DNA of 64,000 nt, from the NCBI GenBank assembly GCA_963693365.1, contig CAVNZM010000001.1, positions 7,704,907 through 7,768,906 of the forward strand, in the 5' to 3' direction. Source of the stretch: Amoebidium appalachense. Its lineage: Eukaryota > Protista > Ichthyosporea. Under the pieces are notes generated by a model. It did not search any database. It had not been told where the DNA came from and saw only the letters and a list, made by a program, of their open reading frames with translations. This document shows positions 1 through 45,080 of the stretch, piece by piece; the stretch's first letter is position 1, and each line of letters begins with the position of its first letter. The position numbers and the translations under genes were made by a program.

Positions 1-239
1 GTCGTATGTACATGAACTCTTGCGAGGGAATGGGTAGGTTGGGGGGGGGGGGGGGGGGGGGGAAGGAGGGGGGGGGGGGGGGAGGAGGGGGGAGGGGGGG
101 GAGGTCGTCCAATAAGGTGCGTGCATGCGAGGTGTTTTTTGTTGAAATTACACAACGGCGGACATGGGCACACATCGATGAATGAAAATCAAAGCCTCAG
201 GCAATTCAAATGCAACGCCTCATGTAACTATGATCTCGA

Positions 240-302
<63 letters not shown>

Positions 303-1077
303 ATCCACCTCCCCCCCGGTGCTCCTCGGGGTGTCTGCTGCCCACATCCTATGGAAATGCATGCTCATCCACCACCTCGTCGGCACCAGGGGCCCGGTTG
401 GTCATCCTGATGCATGGCCCATCCCCCTTGAGATCATGGTCATGGACTTGTGCACGCGTTTATGCCAACGGTGCATGCTCGAGCAACCCCAAGGGCTTGC
501 AATTGCGAAGCGATGTACACGACACCGTGCCTGTGCATATACGGATACGTGCAGCTAGAGTGAGCCTCGAGTGACACGCTGGGTTGCAACAGTTCGAATG
601 TGTGCTCAGCTGCAGTACACCTGTCGATATACTCAGCAATATATATTCGAGCACCCCAGGCACACACATTGGACGGCTATACCGTACCCAAATACCCAAA
701 CCCAAACCTAGATTTTGCAACCAGACGTCACGCATGCGGCATGACCGGTACCGCCGCTTCGCACTGCACGCCTATGTAATATAAAGAAAAATAAAAGGTA
801 TACTATAATAAGGTATCATAAAATATATTCTATTTATGTTCCGTATTGATTTTATATTTTTAAGCCGAAAGTGTACCAGAAATATACGTAAAATCTTAGT
901 CCTTGGCGTTTTCTCTACCACCTACTGAGGCGGTGTCTCCTTTTTTTTTTTTTTTTTTTTAAGTAGATGTAAAAAACGTCGCACGTGCGGCAACACGTCA
1001 GTACGTGTTAGGCGTTTTCTTGCTTTTTCTTCTTGTCGCTGAAGCATTTGGGTTTGCAAGTTTGGGTATCTAAAAGG

Positions 1078-1109
<32 letters not shown>

Positions 1110-1890
1110 ACACACACACACCCCATTTCCTCCTCCTCCTCCAAAATTCCTATCCCAAAGTTTCCCAAACCCAGAAACGTGCAGCCACAGGCTACATAAT
1201 CACCAATAGAACTGAAAAAGCCAAAGCTACGAAATAAAAATAAAGCGACAAGTGACAAAGGACACCAGCGGGCAAAACCTTAAGTGTAGGCCTACGTGTA
1301 TGCGTGAAACTAGTTTGGGGGTTTACGCTGTTTACTCGAGGCAAAGAGAACCAGTCTCAGGTATGGGGGGGGGGGGGGTTTTGCTCGGAATATCCCCTCA
1401 GCGGTATATCATGATCACGTACATAGATGTCGGGTGGTGACTATATATCAGGGTTTACTTTCTCTACGAGACACCATAAAGACTACAAGGAGAAATCAAT
1501 TAGTTGGGGTTCCCCGTTTTTTTTACTAGTTTGCTCCAACTAGTCACGCGTATGCATCGATGTTGACCAGACCACACTCCGCAAGAAGACACCATTACTG
1601 TTCCTTCCCAACAGGCCCCCCTTAAAACCTATCGGGGCACAGCAAGAAAGTCAGCCTCTGAAAGAGCAATGCAGACCAAATCTGAGCTAAAAAACAATCC
1701 CAACGGGCCCGACCCCTAGATAACCCGCATTTACAAACAACCATTTGGGTGGGGTGTAGTCGCCCATTATATGCACGGAGAAAGAAACGTAGTGAAAAAC
1801 AGTTGCCATTCTAGAGGGCAAGCAAGAGCTATTGCGAACTCTCTCTCTCCGCGCTCACCCCCCTTTTTACAACGGCTATTTGTACGACAG

Positions 1891-3947
1891 GCGCGGGAGA
1901 TCTTTTCTGAAGACGAGTTTCAGAATTATTGGTTTCCACAGCAGAAGAAAAACGCGATGTCGGTCTCTCAAGAATACCGTTCTGAGCTTGCAGTCCTGCG
2001 GCAGGACACCAGGGCACTTCTGTCCGAGTTGAGACAACAACAGATGAGGACACAACAACTGGCCGAGGTAGATGCCAAGCATTCTTTCCACGTTAACATT
2101 AGCATGCCTACCAGGAGGATGCATGCAGTCTTGTGTTAACGGTTATGCTTGGCAATGCATTACTATGTTCGCCCTGCCCTAGCTTTCCAGCACTTATGTC
2201 GCTTGTCAGTTCTCTGAATGCCGCAAGTTGGCATTGAATCTCGTTACTCTCGGTCTCTTTCGTCTGAATTCCTGCATGTTCAAGATGGGTTCTTTCTACG
2301 AGTGTTCCGTTTACTTAATCGTATGAACTCACAAGCAGGATTTGCTCATAGAAACCGACTAAACCAGGCATCCACTTTCATACACACCTTTGCCCTCCCC
2401 CCCGCTCTTTCCCTGCCCCAATACACACACACAGACATTAAATCTAACAAATGTGGACTCCGAAAACTCAAAACAAGAAGCTACCCCCAAACCTTACGAC
2501 ACCTTCCTTGAGCCAACATCAACAAAAAAAGCCCCCTCAGCCTGGACACATCTAACAAGAGCCGAACAACCGCAATTACTGGTAACCCCCCTCCCCTTCC
2601 TTCCTCCCCTCTCCGCCCCCTCCCCCCCCCCCCCCGCGTATATTTATCGCCTCTCCAATTTTCACTTGCTTCTTGTAATGGCTACTGCAAAGCAAGAGTA
2701 TTGTCGTATATGTTCTGGTTTTTGAGGTGGACGAGGAGGGACCGTGGGGGATCCTATAATGGAAGGCAGGAAGCGGGGCGGAGAACAACTTGGTTTGTGG
2801 AAGTAAACAAAGGCTAGGTAGCACAACCGTGGCAGGGAGGGGGGGGGGGAAGGGGGGAGGAACATCTCTTGATTACTGTTTTGCTTTCCAGATGGATAGC
2901 CACTGTGTAGCTGAGGTCAAGGCTTTCCGGGACAGGTTTCGCCGAGAGTGTGTGAGTGACTATAAAAGGTGCGTACAAGAAGGGCAGGTGCTCATGCAAC
3001 ATGTTTTTCGTTGCTGGCAGATTGAGGGGCAAAGGGGAGAAGTAGGAGGAAAGGAGCCGGAGGAGGATGAAGGAGGAATAGGCACGGTGCAGATAGAGAG
3101 GGAGGAAAAAGGCAAGGGAAGGAAACACGGCGGACGACGTGGAGGGAGGGAGGGAGGGAGAGAGGGAGGGAGGGAGAGGGGGGGGGGGGGGCGCGGGTAG
3201 AGGGAGGGAGGAAGGAATGCACGGGGAGGGAGGGAGGGAGGGCCGGGAGGGCGGGAGGCCGGGGAGTGGAGGGAGGGAAGGAGGGAGGGAGGTAGGAGCC
3301 TCACGGTGGGTAGGGAACAGGGAGGGGCAGGGGGGAGGGAAGGAGGGAGGGAGCTGTGGTGAAGGGGGGGGGGGGGGGGGGGAGGGGGGAGGAGCTGTAA
3401 CTAAAAATATCAATTTTGTGAGCGTGATTTGGCGCTTCGACCATGTTTGTTTGTGCGACAAAAACCAGTGTGGTACACGCTTTCTCAGAAGGACAGGCAA
3501 ACATACATGTGCAAGCAGCAGGTTAGGTTTTTTGACCGGGAATTGTATTAACTTGAAAAATCCACGTGGTTCCGATTGTCTTCCAATCTAAATATGACCT
3601 TTTATCGTAGCAGGACTGGTGAGCACGAATGGCTCCCTGCTGGTGCTTCAGCAACACGATACTGAATGGGTAAAGTGTGGGCCATCAAACTTAGATTTAT
3701 AAAAGTTAACATATGATACTACTATCATGAAACTTGCCTTGCGGAGCGAAGACGGGGGGGGGGGGGGGGGGGGGAAGGGGGGGAAAGGGGGGGGGGGAGG
3801 GGGGGGGGGGGTAAACGGCCCTGGTCTGGTCTTCGCGAATTAGTGTGAAAGTGTGAATGCTTGTACATATGTATGAATGGCAATACCATTTCTGAGGGGA
3901 GTTAGCGAATACAAAGTGCCCGTTTTTTTTGGTAAAAAAAAAAAGGT

Positions 3948-3982
<35 letters not shown>

Positions 3983-4454
3983 AGGGGGAGGGGGGTAGAG
4001 ATGGTTGTTTTAACAAGCAGACGGGTGTTTTTTCTGTGAAGGGCTCTAGTCGCCCCGTGGGTAAAGGGTTCGTTTTTGAGTTAAACGTGTATTAACCCTC
4101 TTATATGCTTCCTTAAATTTATAAGCGCGAATGACAAATGAACAACTGTGTCTCGTATATGCTATGTCCACATATCATGCAGCAAACAACGTACTCGGGG
4201 TGCTTGTAAGCACGTCCACTCCTGCGCATGTGATGATCCGCGCATAAAGACCGAAAACATATAAAGTTGCAATGGTATCGTGCACGGTGAATAAGCTCCA
4301 GGGGTATCATTCAGCCCTGGAAGCGTTACAAGCTAAAAGTATATTGACACATCCGTTCTTGATACGGCCTATGAGCCACCCTCATGAATCATTCACTCGG
4401 ACCGGCTGGGAACGTTCAGGAATCCTGCAAGTTCTGGCAAAGGCATTCAAGTAA
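1891..4454 (+). CDS. Uncharacterised multi-exon protein, partial (5' exons not resolved)
   Basis: Phase-consistent GT-AG exons: 1891-2067 (AREIFSEDEFQNYW...QQLAE, coiled-coil-like), 2892-2968, 3469-3521, ~3614-3669. The terminal exon probably ends at TAA 4452-4454 (...QVLAKAFK*), but the last junction(s) are uncertain. No domain recognised. Confidence 0.5.
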
Positions 4455-4991
4455 CTGTTCAAGTACCGTCTTGAAATTTGCACACACGATTTTGTTCTTT
4501 TCGTTCTATAACACCGTGTTGAAAGGCACACACCAGCGTGTTATTTTTGCAAGTTTCCACATACACGCATGGCACTTTGCTTACGGGCCTTTTGCTATAC
4601 ACGAACGCATGAATGAAGCACACAAATAAGCTCACAAATGGTTTTATTGTTCGTTGTTTTTCGGTCGACGCATGAGCCAAGTTTGTGGCCAACCAACGGT
4701 GTTTTGTTTTTTCCCGTGACTGTGGACCCACAACCGCTCTTGGCTTCTCTTTCACCCTTTTCAACGCTCCATGAAAGAAGTGGTTATGTCTGGTAGCACA
4801 TAAAATGGCGGGCTGGGTGCCAAACACATCCTCGCTGCACTCTTCTGTTTAGCTGGCTGTTGCCCATAAATTTAATTTAGGTGTTCTTACCAGGCAGTGA
4901 TTCCACACAAGGACACCACAACTACTAGTCTCAGTCATATTTTTGGAAGGTGGATGGTACTCGTTACCATCCCGCCATTCGCGCTGTAGAT

Positions 4992-26258
<21,267 letters not shown>

Positions 26259-26414
26259 CAGTTTCCTGCTCAAGAAATAACCATAAAAGGCTATTTTTGG
26301 TCGGCCACGGGACCACGAAGCAGAGGGCCTGGGCGTTCACCGGCGCGACAATTACCAGAGGAGAGATAGAAGTTAGTACGTCGCTGAGTTAAAAATTTGG
26401 TGTCCGGTTTTTAA

Positions 26415-26451
<37 letters not shown>

Positions 26452-27137
26452 TTGGAGTAGTTTTGTCGAGTAAAATTTACGCCCCGGGTTTCCAACAGGT
26501 GTGTTTGGCTCCAGCGATAGTCTGATCGAATGTAATTAACTCTTATTGTGACGCGTGTTAGCAGTTATGGAGTTCTGAATGGTAGTTGCGTTGGATTCAG
26601 TCCGGCACAGTGTTTATAATCACGTGTGTAAATTGAGTGAGAGCCCTCGGGGGCAGGCGGGCTAGCGGGCGGGCGGGGGGGGGGGGGGGGGGGGGAGGGG
26701 GGGGGAGGGGGCTGCTTTGCTCAAGCTCTAGTATAATGTAGTATGCCCATACTTCGATATAACGGCCATCGTTACACTGATTTAGACAAAAACCAGCATG
26801 GTGATGTTTTAATGATAATTGCCGGACTTGCCGACACTTGGTTGAAGGTGTGCGGGACGGGTGTGATCGAGATAGTTTGTATGCCTTTGTATTTGCTCGT
26901 GGTTTCTCTCAGACTTATCATGACCGTTTTTCGGTACGTTGGCTGTGTTGTATTGTAGAATGCATGGATTTAATGAGATGAAGTCGAAGGTAAAAAGATT
27001 GTGACATGCAAATAAATAAGCGAACAACCATTTGTTGCTTTCAGATCGATATATTCTTCCCTGGTCCGCCCCCTCCCCCCCTCCCTGGCACCCCCCCCCC
27101 ACACACACACACCTTCCCCCCCCCCCCCCCCCCCCCC

Positions 27138-27171
<34 letters not shown>

Positions 27172-29264
27172 CCCCCCCCCCCCCCCCCTTCTTCTCCCGC
27201 TCTTCCCGTCTCATCTTCCCTCTCCCTCTCTCTAGAGCGCTCCCTCTCTCTCTCTCGAGCCCCCCCCCCCCTCCCTCCCCCCTCCCCCCGCCCCTCTCTC
27301 TCTCTTTCTCTTGCTCTCTCGAGCTCGTGAGCCCCCCCCCCCCCCCTTCCCCCCCATCTCTTTCTCTTGCTCTCTCGAGCTCGTGAGCCCCCCCCCCGGG
27401 AGTCCCCCGGCGGAGCTCCTTGGCTATGGCGAACCCGGCCTGGGCCCCCTGCCGGTCGAGTTCTGTAACATGTAGTTGCCTGCCTTCGTCCTATAGGAGG
27501 CCCCCATATTGCAATAAATCCCCCTGCCCCCCTCCCCCCCCCCCCCCCCCTCCCCCCCCCTCCGGCCACTTTCCCCCGTTGGTGTACGTGTACCCCACGC
27601 CCGGCAGCACTAGCTAGCTAGCATTATCATGTTATACGATAAATATAACAGGTATAGCTGGGACTGACACCGCTGATAGGCATCGTGGTGGTCACTATAG
27701 TAGTTCGGGGAGGAGGTAGGACCGAGAGAGGAGGCCTGGAGGGGGGGGGGGGGGGGGGAGGGGAGAAGGGAGTTTTTATGATAAGCAAGGTCGGGTAGAA
27801 AATCTTGATGGTGTGAGGAGGTACTAGGGAAAGGAAAAGTCCTGGGGAGGGGAAGGGGCGCCCTCGTTATTCCCCATTATTTTTTCTTTGTTTCTTTCTC
27901 CCCCCCCCCCCCCCCCCCCCCCCCCCCTTCCCCCTCTGATGAAAAGTTGGGTGATGGTGGTGGATTTTTTTTTTTTTTTTTTTTTTTTTGGGGGGGGGGG
28001 GGGGTGTCTTTATCACCACTTTTCAGTTTTGCTGGGTCGTCATATGAACAGCATTCATTTCCCCCCAGAAATAGTTTTGCAGCCTCGTCCAATGAACCGA
28101 CGTGACATCTGGGGCTGGGGGGAAGGGGGGGGGGGGGGGGGGGGGGGGGAGGGGGAGGCCGGGGAGGCCGGGGAGAAGGGGGGGAGGGGGGTACGAAGGT
28201 ACTAGAAAAAAAAATGTCTGCTTCTGTGCGGAAATGCATACGTATGGGCGACCATGCTGGCTCGAAGAGCACGCTGGCAGCACATGGCTGCAGCCTCCTG
28301 GACTTACGTCAGGTGCTGCATGCATAATGTGGTCGCCCGAGACAACTGCTGCCGACCAAACGACGTCCATTAGAAGAGCATTTCAGGGGTTGATAGTGGG
28401 ATAGCCTCAAACTCAAATCATGTTTTCCAAACCGCTGCGCAGTGATGGAACGCTTTGTGCGCTAACCATTCTATAATTTGCCTTGACATGTGCATCCCTC
28501 AGGCTATTTGATTGGTGACCAAAAGCTGCTACCGGTACTCCGTACAACGACCCCCGACCACTCCAAACGTATACACCCCCCCCCCCCCCCCCCCCCCCCC
28601 CATTGATGAAGTACAGAAGAGGGGTTGGGAGGGCGTTGCGACAGGTTTGCTAAGTTGCAGGAGAGACAAGTCTTATGTGACCAGCCTAGTTTATAACTTA
28701 ACTGTAATACATATGCAGTCGGTTGCTTGGATCACATGGCCCGTACGGAATAAAGCTGTCGGGACGTAGTATGCGAAGTGGCTTCACGGGCAGATAGGAG
28801 TACTAGGAGGCTGAAAGACCAAAACAAGGCAAATATAATTTTTTTCTTCTTCTTTTGACTGGATTTATTCGACGGAAAGACAATAAAAACTTCACGAGTT
28901 ATCCAGTAACAAGTGCATACTGAGATACCTGAACACTGTGTGAAAATCATATAAATACTCAATGTGACGACCAACAGAATTCAACAAGAAGTCTAAAGTG
29001 TTCACATTGCCAGCTAGTGTAGCAGACACCCGTAGGGAAAGAGGTAAAACGCGACATAAAAACTCACACCTATCAAAATATCTTTGATGTTTGCAGCCTA
29101 AACACTGGAAGGATCCCAGAGCACCAGGGCCGGAGGGAAGGGGGGAGAGGGTCTGAGAAAGATGGGGGGGGGGGGGGGGGGAAAGGAGAGGGGGGATGGG
29201 GGAGCCCACCGACGGCGAGTGATAATGACATTGAGTATCCGAGGGGAGGGAGGGGGATGGAGGT

Positions 29265-29295
<31 letters not shown>

Positions 29296-29884
29296 TGTTT
29301 CAGCAACTGTGTATGGGCGACCTGTTGTGAGACCCTAACGAGAGGGTGGAAATCTCACAGAGCAGCCATGACCCTACTTGGGTCACATGCTGCAATTTTG
29401 TGGTCGGTCACCCAAAGAAATACACCTGCCAACCTTATGTAATAAAAATGGCATCCAGGATTATGATTGTGGGACAGATCAATATTGTGCATGTCTCGAT
29501 TGATCTTGGCGCACGTGAGTGCACAGTTTTGTCATTCTATGACTCTCATTCCAGCCCCCCTCCCCCCTCCCCCCGCCCCTTCCCCCCACCGGATATTGCT
29601 CTTCTGAATCAGGCCCCCACCCATAAAGGTCTAAGGCCAGGAGCGGAGCACCGCCCAGACGAAACATGATCAGTATTGTGAGAGCTGGGCTACTATTTGC
29701 CCCAAAAGCCCTAATTCGTGTTTGGTCATGCACAGGGATAATATACAAAAGAACCCTAAAACGAGCATGCAGGGAAAAATGGAATCGTGGTGGGTTTGGT
29801 CGTGGTAACATAGGCGGGGGGGGGAGGGGAGGGGGGATGGGGGAGGGGATGGGGGAAGACTGGGAAGGGGGTGGGGTGGGGGGT

Positions 29885-29915
<31 letters not shown>

Positions 29916-29994
29916 GACAGCGGGGACGGCGGCGGCGGGGGAGGGAGGGTTAAAAAAAGAGGTGGGTGGCGTGGGGGGTGGGGGGGGAGCAAGA

Positions 29995-30045
<51 letters not shown>

Positions 30046-30439
30046 GGGGGGGGAGGGGGAGGGGGGGGGGGGGGGGAGGTGCTCTGCGCAACACATTTCG
30101 GGTGCCCCAAGTTGCTCGTTTTTTGAGTTTTGCTTTTGTTGATTATGTGTACACCTCACACAAAACGAATTCGACCTCAGCATCATCCCCCCTCCTCCCT
30201 GCCCCCCCCCCCCCCCCCCGCTCCTCCCCCCGTCGTCACTTTGCCCCCTCCCCCTCCCCCCTCCCCCTCCCTCCCTCCCTCATCCCCCCCCCTCCCCCTC
30301 CCCTCCCCCCCCCCCCCCCCAGGAACAAAAAAAAAAGAAACCGGCAATCGTGACAAAATCCCTGCCGGAGGCAAAGAGAATGAATGGTGATGACGAAACT
30401 TTGATGGTTCTCATGAAACACACACACACACACACACAC

Positions 30440-31700
30440 GCGCACACAACGCCACTGCACAACTTCCCAGGCAATATCAACATCAGAGCACCATACAGAC
30501 TTATCTACTAGGGTGGTATCCATACGTACAGCAGGAGAAATGTATCCTGCCAAAGCTCCCAAAAAGCGATAATGATCAGTACGGTGTTGCCTAAGGAACA
30601 TAACACATGCCGACTGAGTTTTACCTTTGATTTCTCTATCAGAACGAGAAAGAAACTTAAACTGCGTATGGTAATAACGCGAAAGGCAGAAAAAACAGGA
30701 AGAGAAAAGAAAGAGGGAGTGAGATAGCGAGAGGAAGGGATCAGGTTGAAATAGGGTAGGCTGAGGACATTCAGAAGTAGCGTTGGTGAATCGGGGGGGA
30801 AGAGGGATGGAGGGAGGGGGGGGGAAAGAAAGCATAAAGAGGGTGACCATCAGGTATCCTAACTAAATGAAAACAAAAACGAAGAGACGATTCCTCCATA
30901 CGACAAACAGCAGACGACAATCCAAACATACTGATTAAGGGAGGCACAAACCGAGTACGAAACAAAGTGCGCAGCGCAGTACCCTGAAAATCGTCGAACT
31001 CTTTCAGCGCCACGAGGAGGGGCGCAGGCCAATAGCGGAAGTCCATATTCGAAAGTCGGCCGTAAAAAAAAATTATTTTGCGTTAGAAGAAGGTTCGCAG
31101 GATGGATCACAGACTCCCGTTGAAACATATTTGACACAGTGTAAAGCTTACCCTTCGCACGAGCGATCCGTGCCGTGAGGAGCTTGCGGAAATCAATACC
31201 CCGTGCAGTAAAAGGAATACCCAAATAGTCATAGGTGCTCTGAACAGGAAGACCGGCCAACCGAAAGGAAGCGTTTTTCGAAAAAGTAGCACACTTTGCA
31301 ATTCCGACTGTCATGAGATTCTCGGTGCACCATTGATCCACCTGACGAAGCATCTGGTGCATGACATCTTCGGTTAAGGAACAAAGAACAATATCGTCCG
31401 CAAAAAGGAGACCCGGTACACGGCGGGTATGTAGTTGGCCAATGGGTTCGAGGGCGCAGGCTAAAACGTCAATGAAAACGTCAAACAACAACGGACTCAG
31501 GAGGGATCCCTGCAGAAGACCCCGAGAACGGGAAAAACCGGGTGTTAATGTTCCAATGTTCCATTGACCGCCGCTCGTCCGCGAGTGGTATCGAACAACG
31601 CTTGCAGAAGACGGCCAAAGGGGGCTGGTAAGCCCCACATAGCCAGCTTATGCCATAACAAACCAGTGGGTACGGTGTCGTAGGCGTTCTTAAGCCAGCT
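30440..31700 (-). mobile_element. Degenerate non-LTR (LINE-like) retrotransposon reverse transcriptase fragment, truncated and frameshifted
   Basis: Minus-strand frames give LKNAYDTVP...LWHKL, GLLQGSLLSPLLFDVFID, LLFADDIVL, YDYLGIPF and RPTFEYGL, split over ORFs 31545-31736, 30859-31638 and 30236-30850. No introns. No endonuclease or TSD seen. Confidence 0.88.
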
Positions 31701-32240
31701 TGAGCACATAGGCATGCACGTGTGGAGGTAGTGCATTAGCTACATGTCAAACTAGGTTTTCACGTGCAACTGGGCCAGGCCGTACACCAACCACAACAGT
31801 ATCATGTGTGCACGAAGCTAGATTGGCAATGCATCGTTTTGAATTCTTTGTATCTGAACAGTATCGGAGTTAGCGGGTATGTAGTTAATGCCTTTTTAGT
31901 TTCGAGTATAACTGTTCACGACTTAACATTGACTCATTCTTTGCCCCTTGGAAAGGGGGGGGGGGAGGGGGGAAGAACGGGGGGGGGGGGGGGGGGGAGG
32001 GGGGGTAAGGAATAACCCGTGGGTGTGGCACTGCTGTACTTTGTAAGCTGACCTCCCTCTACTGGGCGGCGTGGAAAAGGGGGAGGAGGCCTAGGGGGGG
32101 GGGGGGGGGGGAGGGGGCTCAAGGACTTGGGGGAAGTGGGGAGTCGTGGGGGAGACGGGCGTGGGAGACGGACACTAAGGCGGAAGCGGGACCCGTAATA
32201 GTTGGAGAAGGGTGGGGGGGGAGGGGGTCCCGGGCGGGCG

Positions 32241-32274
<34 letters not shown>

Positions 32275-33835
32275 AAACCCAAATTTGAGTACTAGTGGCA
32301 CGGAAACGCTACATACGCAGAGGGCGCACGTGCACACACATGTGGGCCGGGCACTCAGATACCTGTCCATATACAATTGAATTCTCACGTAAGGCGGCAT
32401 ATACACAGACGTGACTGTAGCAAAAGCGTGTCTGATGGGGCTGGCTGGGCCCGGGAGGCCTGGGGGGAGGCCTGGGAGGCCGGGGGGCGGGGGGGGGGGG
32501 GGGGGGGAGGGGGGGGGGGGGGGGGGGGGGGTGTAGAAGATAGTTGGGAAGTTATCAATATGGAAATGGCATAGAAAGACTTTAGGATTCTTTCCCCGGT
32601 TGTATTGCTCCTGTTATCTTTAATACTGGGCTACTGGGGAGGGATCCCTAGTTGTAATCATTGAACCACTACCAATAGGTGACCATAATTTTAAAAGTTT
32701 AAAAGTTTCCGTACACCACACTTAAATAATCATCAATGATTACCGAAACTAATTTACCAGGAAACATGCAGGAAGCGTACCCTTCTTCCTTTTTTTTTTT
32801 TTGGGGGGGGGGGGGGGGGGGGAGGGTTGGGAGGGGGGTGGGGGGTGGTATTGAATTTGAAACCAGGGCGGCGGCGGGGGGGAGGGGAGGGGGGGGGGTT
32901 GTCAGAATATAGGGGGGAAGGGGGGAGGGGTGGATGATTGCATTTGGGCCTCGGGGGGGAGGGGGGGAGAGCGACGGGGGGAAGGGGGAGACAGATGATA
33001 GGATTTTGGGTCGGTCGGGGAGGTGAGGGGGGATGGAAGGCTAAAATTTAGACCAAGTTCATGACTACCCCCCCTCTGATTCAATTTCAATTCTCCCTTG
33101 TGTACGTGTGGGGAGGGGGAGGGGGGGGGGGGGGGGGGGGGGGGGATGGTACGGTGTTACAAGATGCCCGAATGTGTGTGTTCTCATACGCATGGGGAGT
33201 ATTGAAATTGAAAGAGGGAGGGTGGTGGTAGTCAGTGATTTTTTTTTTTTTTGCGGGGGGTTGGAGTTTCGAAGGGGGTCCCTGGAAGGGGAGGAGGGGG
33301 GGGAGGGGGGGGGAAGGGGAGGGGAGGCGGTGGGGAGGCGGGTGGAGGTGGGGGGGGGGGGGGGGGGGGGTTGCAGGTTCAAAATTTGGCCGGTGCTTAA
33401 GAATAATGATAAGTTTACTACTTATGTATCTACATGAGGAAGGGGGGGTGGGGGGTTCGAGCTTCAAATGGGGTCCCGGGGAGGGCCTGGCGGGCGGGGG
33501 GGAAGGAGGGAGGGGGGGGGGGGGGGTTCAAAGTTCAAACCGTTGACAGCTCAAAATTGCTGACTAGACTTAGTTCCGCCTGAGGCCTATTTCAAATTCA
33601 ACAATCCCGTGGACGTCACGTATGTGCCATATTGTACGGCCACCTGCACTGATGTGTGTTTTTGATTTACGTGTGTTCACTGACATGTATGTGAGTGCCT
33701 AGGCCCGTACGTGCCACTGGACGGTATGTTTGTTAAACCGTGTGCAGTGTGTGTGTGTATGTGTGACGGCCCACGGTGTGTGTGTGCACGTGACGTGTGT
33801 GGATAAATGTGTGCCGGCGTGTGCCAGTGTACGGT

Positions 33836-33900
<65 letters not shown>

Positions 33901-34131
33901 CGTGTCAGTGTGTGAATGGTGTGCGTGTGCGTGCCGTGGTGCGTGTGCGTGCGTTCGTGCATGTATGTTTATGAAGTGTCGGTTTGTGTACGTGTGTGTG
34001 CCAGCCGCAGTGTGGCCGGCAGCGTGTGTGTGTACATGTGTGCCGGTGTGTGTCACAGTGTGTGTTGTATGTGTGTGTGTGCCGTGTGTGTGTGTGTGTG
34101 TGTGTGTGTGTCTGTGTGTGTGTGTGCGCCC

Positions 34132-34175
<44 letters not shown>

Positions 34176-34267
34176 CGTGTGTGTGGCCACGGTGATGTGT
34201 GCGTGTGCGTGTGTCTGCGTGCATGCGTGCGCGTGTGTGCGTGTGTGCGTGTGTGCGACGGTGTGTT

Positions 34268-34365
<98 letters not shown>

Positions 34366-35752
34366 TGTGTGTGTGCATGTGTGTGCAGATCTGAGATGTG
34401 CAGATCAGATGTCACGTGCTGATGTCATGATGCATGCGCAGCATCATGTACGTCTCATGTACGTCCCATACATACGAGCATGTCACATAGTAACGTAGAC
34501 CCGCTGCGGGCCGGGGGGAGGGGGGGAGAGGGGCAGGGGGGGGGGGGGGGGGAGGGGGGGGGGGGGGGGGGGGGGGGGGAGGGGGGGGGAGGACGTGGAC
34601 ATTTTCATGTGCCTCGCGCCAAGTACATATGCTCGGGTGCCCGCAGCAACAATGAATGGAATGCAACATTGCATACCAAGTCAAAAATCGGCCATCGCAA
34701 CCTGGGAATTTTTTTTTTTAGAACTAACCTTTTTTAGCTCGCTGCGCTCGCTACCATTGGATCGGAAAACACTATCCAATGATATGGTTTTGTGTCCGAC
34801 ACTCGGCAGCGCTAATAACTTGTTTAATGACGTCAGTTATCTATATATAGAATAAAAAGTCATTGATGTATCTATTTATAGCACATCTGTTTCTAAAGGG
34901 CCAAGACCGTGGTGCCCTCTCGACCAATAGCAAGCAAGGACCCTTCTCGTCGTCACCGTCACTGCGCAAACGAAAACCGTTGTTTGGCCGAGCACAGTTT
35001 CAATAAGATTCATTAGCCTCGTTTCTTATTATATTGTACAATTGTTTAGGGTATATATGCAAGATCTTTTAGTTCATAACGTAGTGTTCACCTATATCAT
35101 TATTGGGTGCATGGAAAGAAGCCAATGGTGTGATTGTGCTACATCGATTTTGGTACGCAGACGAGTCGTCGTGTTGGTCACATGTGCCCCGGATCGACTC
35201 ATATTCATTCAAAAACCCGATCACAACTCATACATTTTCTGGTTTATTGACAGCCTTGGGACATACTGAAATAATCTAGATGCTGTCAGCTTAAACCAGC
35301 GCCACTGATGCATGTTGTGGTAGCTCGGCAGCTTGCGGGTGCTCTAGAACTCTGGATTTTTTTTCTTTTTCCATGTTTGTTACCAGTTTTCGGAAAGCTG
35401 GATTTCCACACAAATCTCTTTTGTAAACTACATTAACTCGACGTCATTACATGCCAATAGCAGGTTTTGAATTCGTTGAAACTAGTTTTTGGAGTTTCGA
35501 AGGCATCTGCACATGCCAGGGCATGGTTATAATATCCTACGACCACAAGATCTAACTCAACACCTACGTTTTAGAGCTACATATTCGGGCCGTGAAAGGC
35601 ATTAGAGCAAGCGCAGAATACAGGGGCACGTGGGCGCTCCCCACTAAAAATACTTAGCGAAAGACTCAGATGTCCAGAGCATGTTTCAACTTAGGTGTTA
35701 AAGGCAGGCAAGCACGAGTAAACGGTGTAACGGCTGGCAGCCAGCTAGAAAA

Positions 35753-45080
<9,328 letters not shown>

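Noticed and set aside
685-1070. Possible MITE bounded by cccaaa-rich inverted repeats
   Set aside because: Arms are short, low-complexity and mismatched; no TSD or second copy.
27290-27395. ~57-bp tandem duplication and nearby AATAAA (possible solo LTR)
   Set aside because: Low-complexity local duplication; no TG...CA ends or TSD identified.
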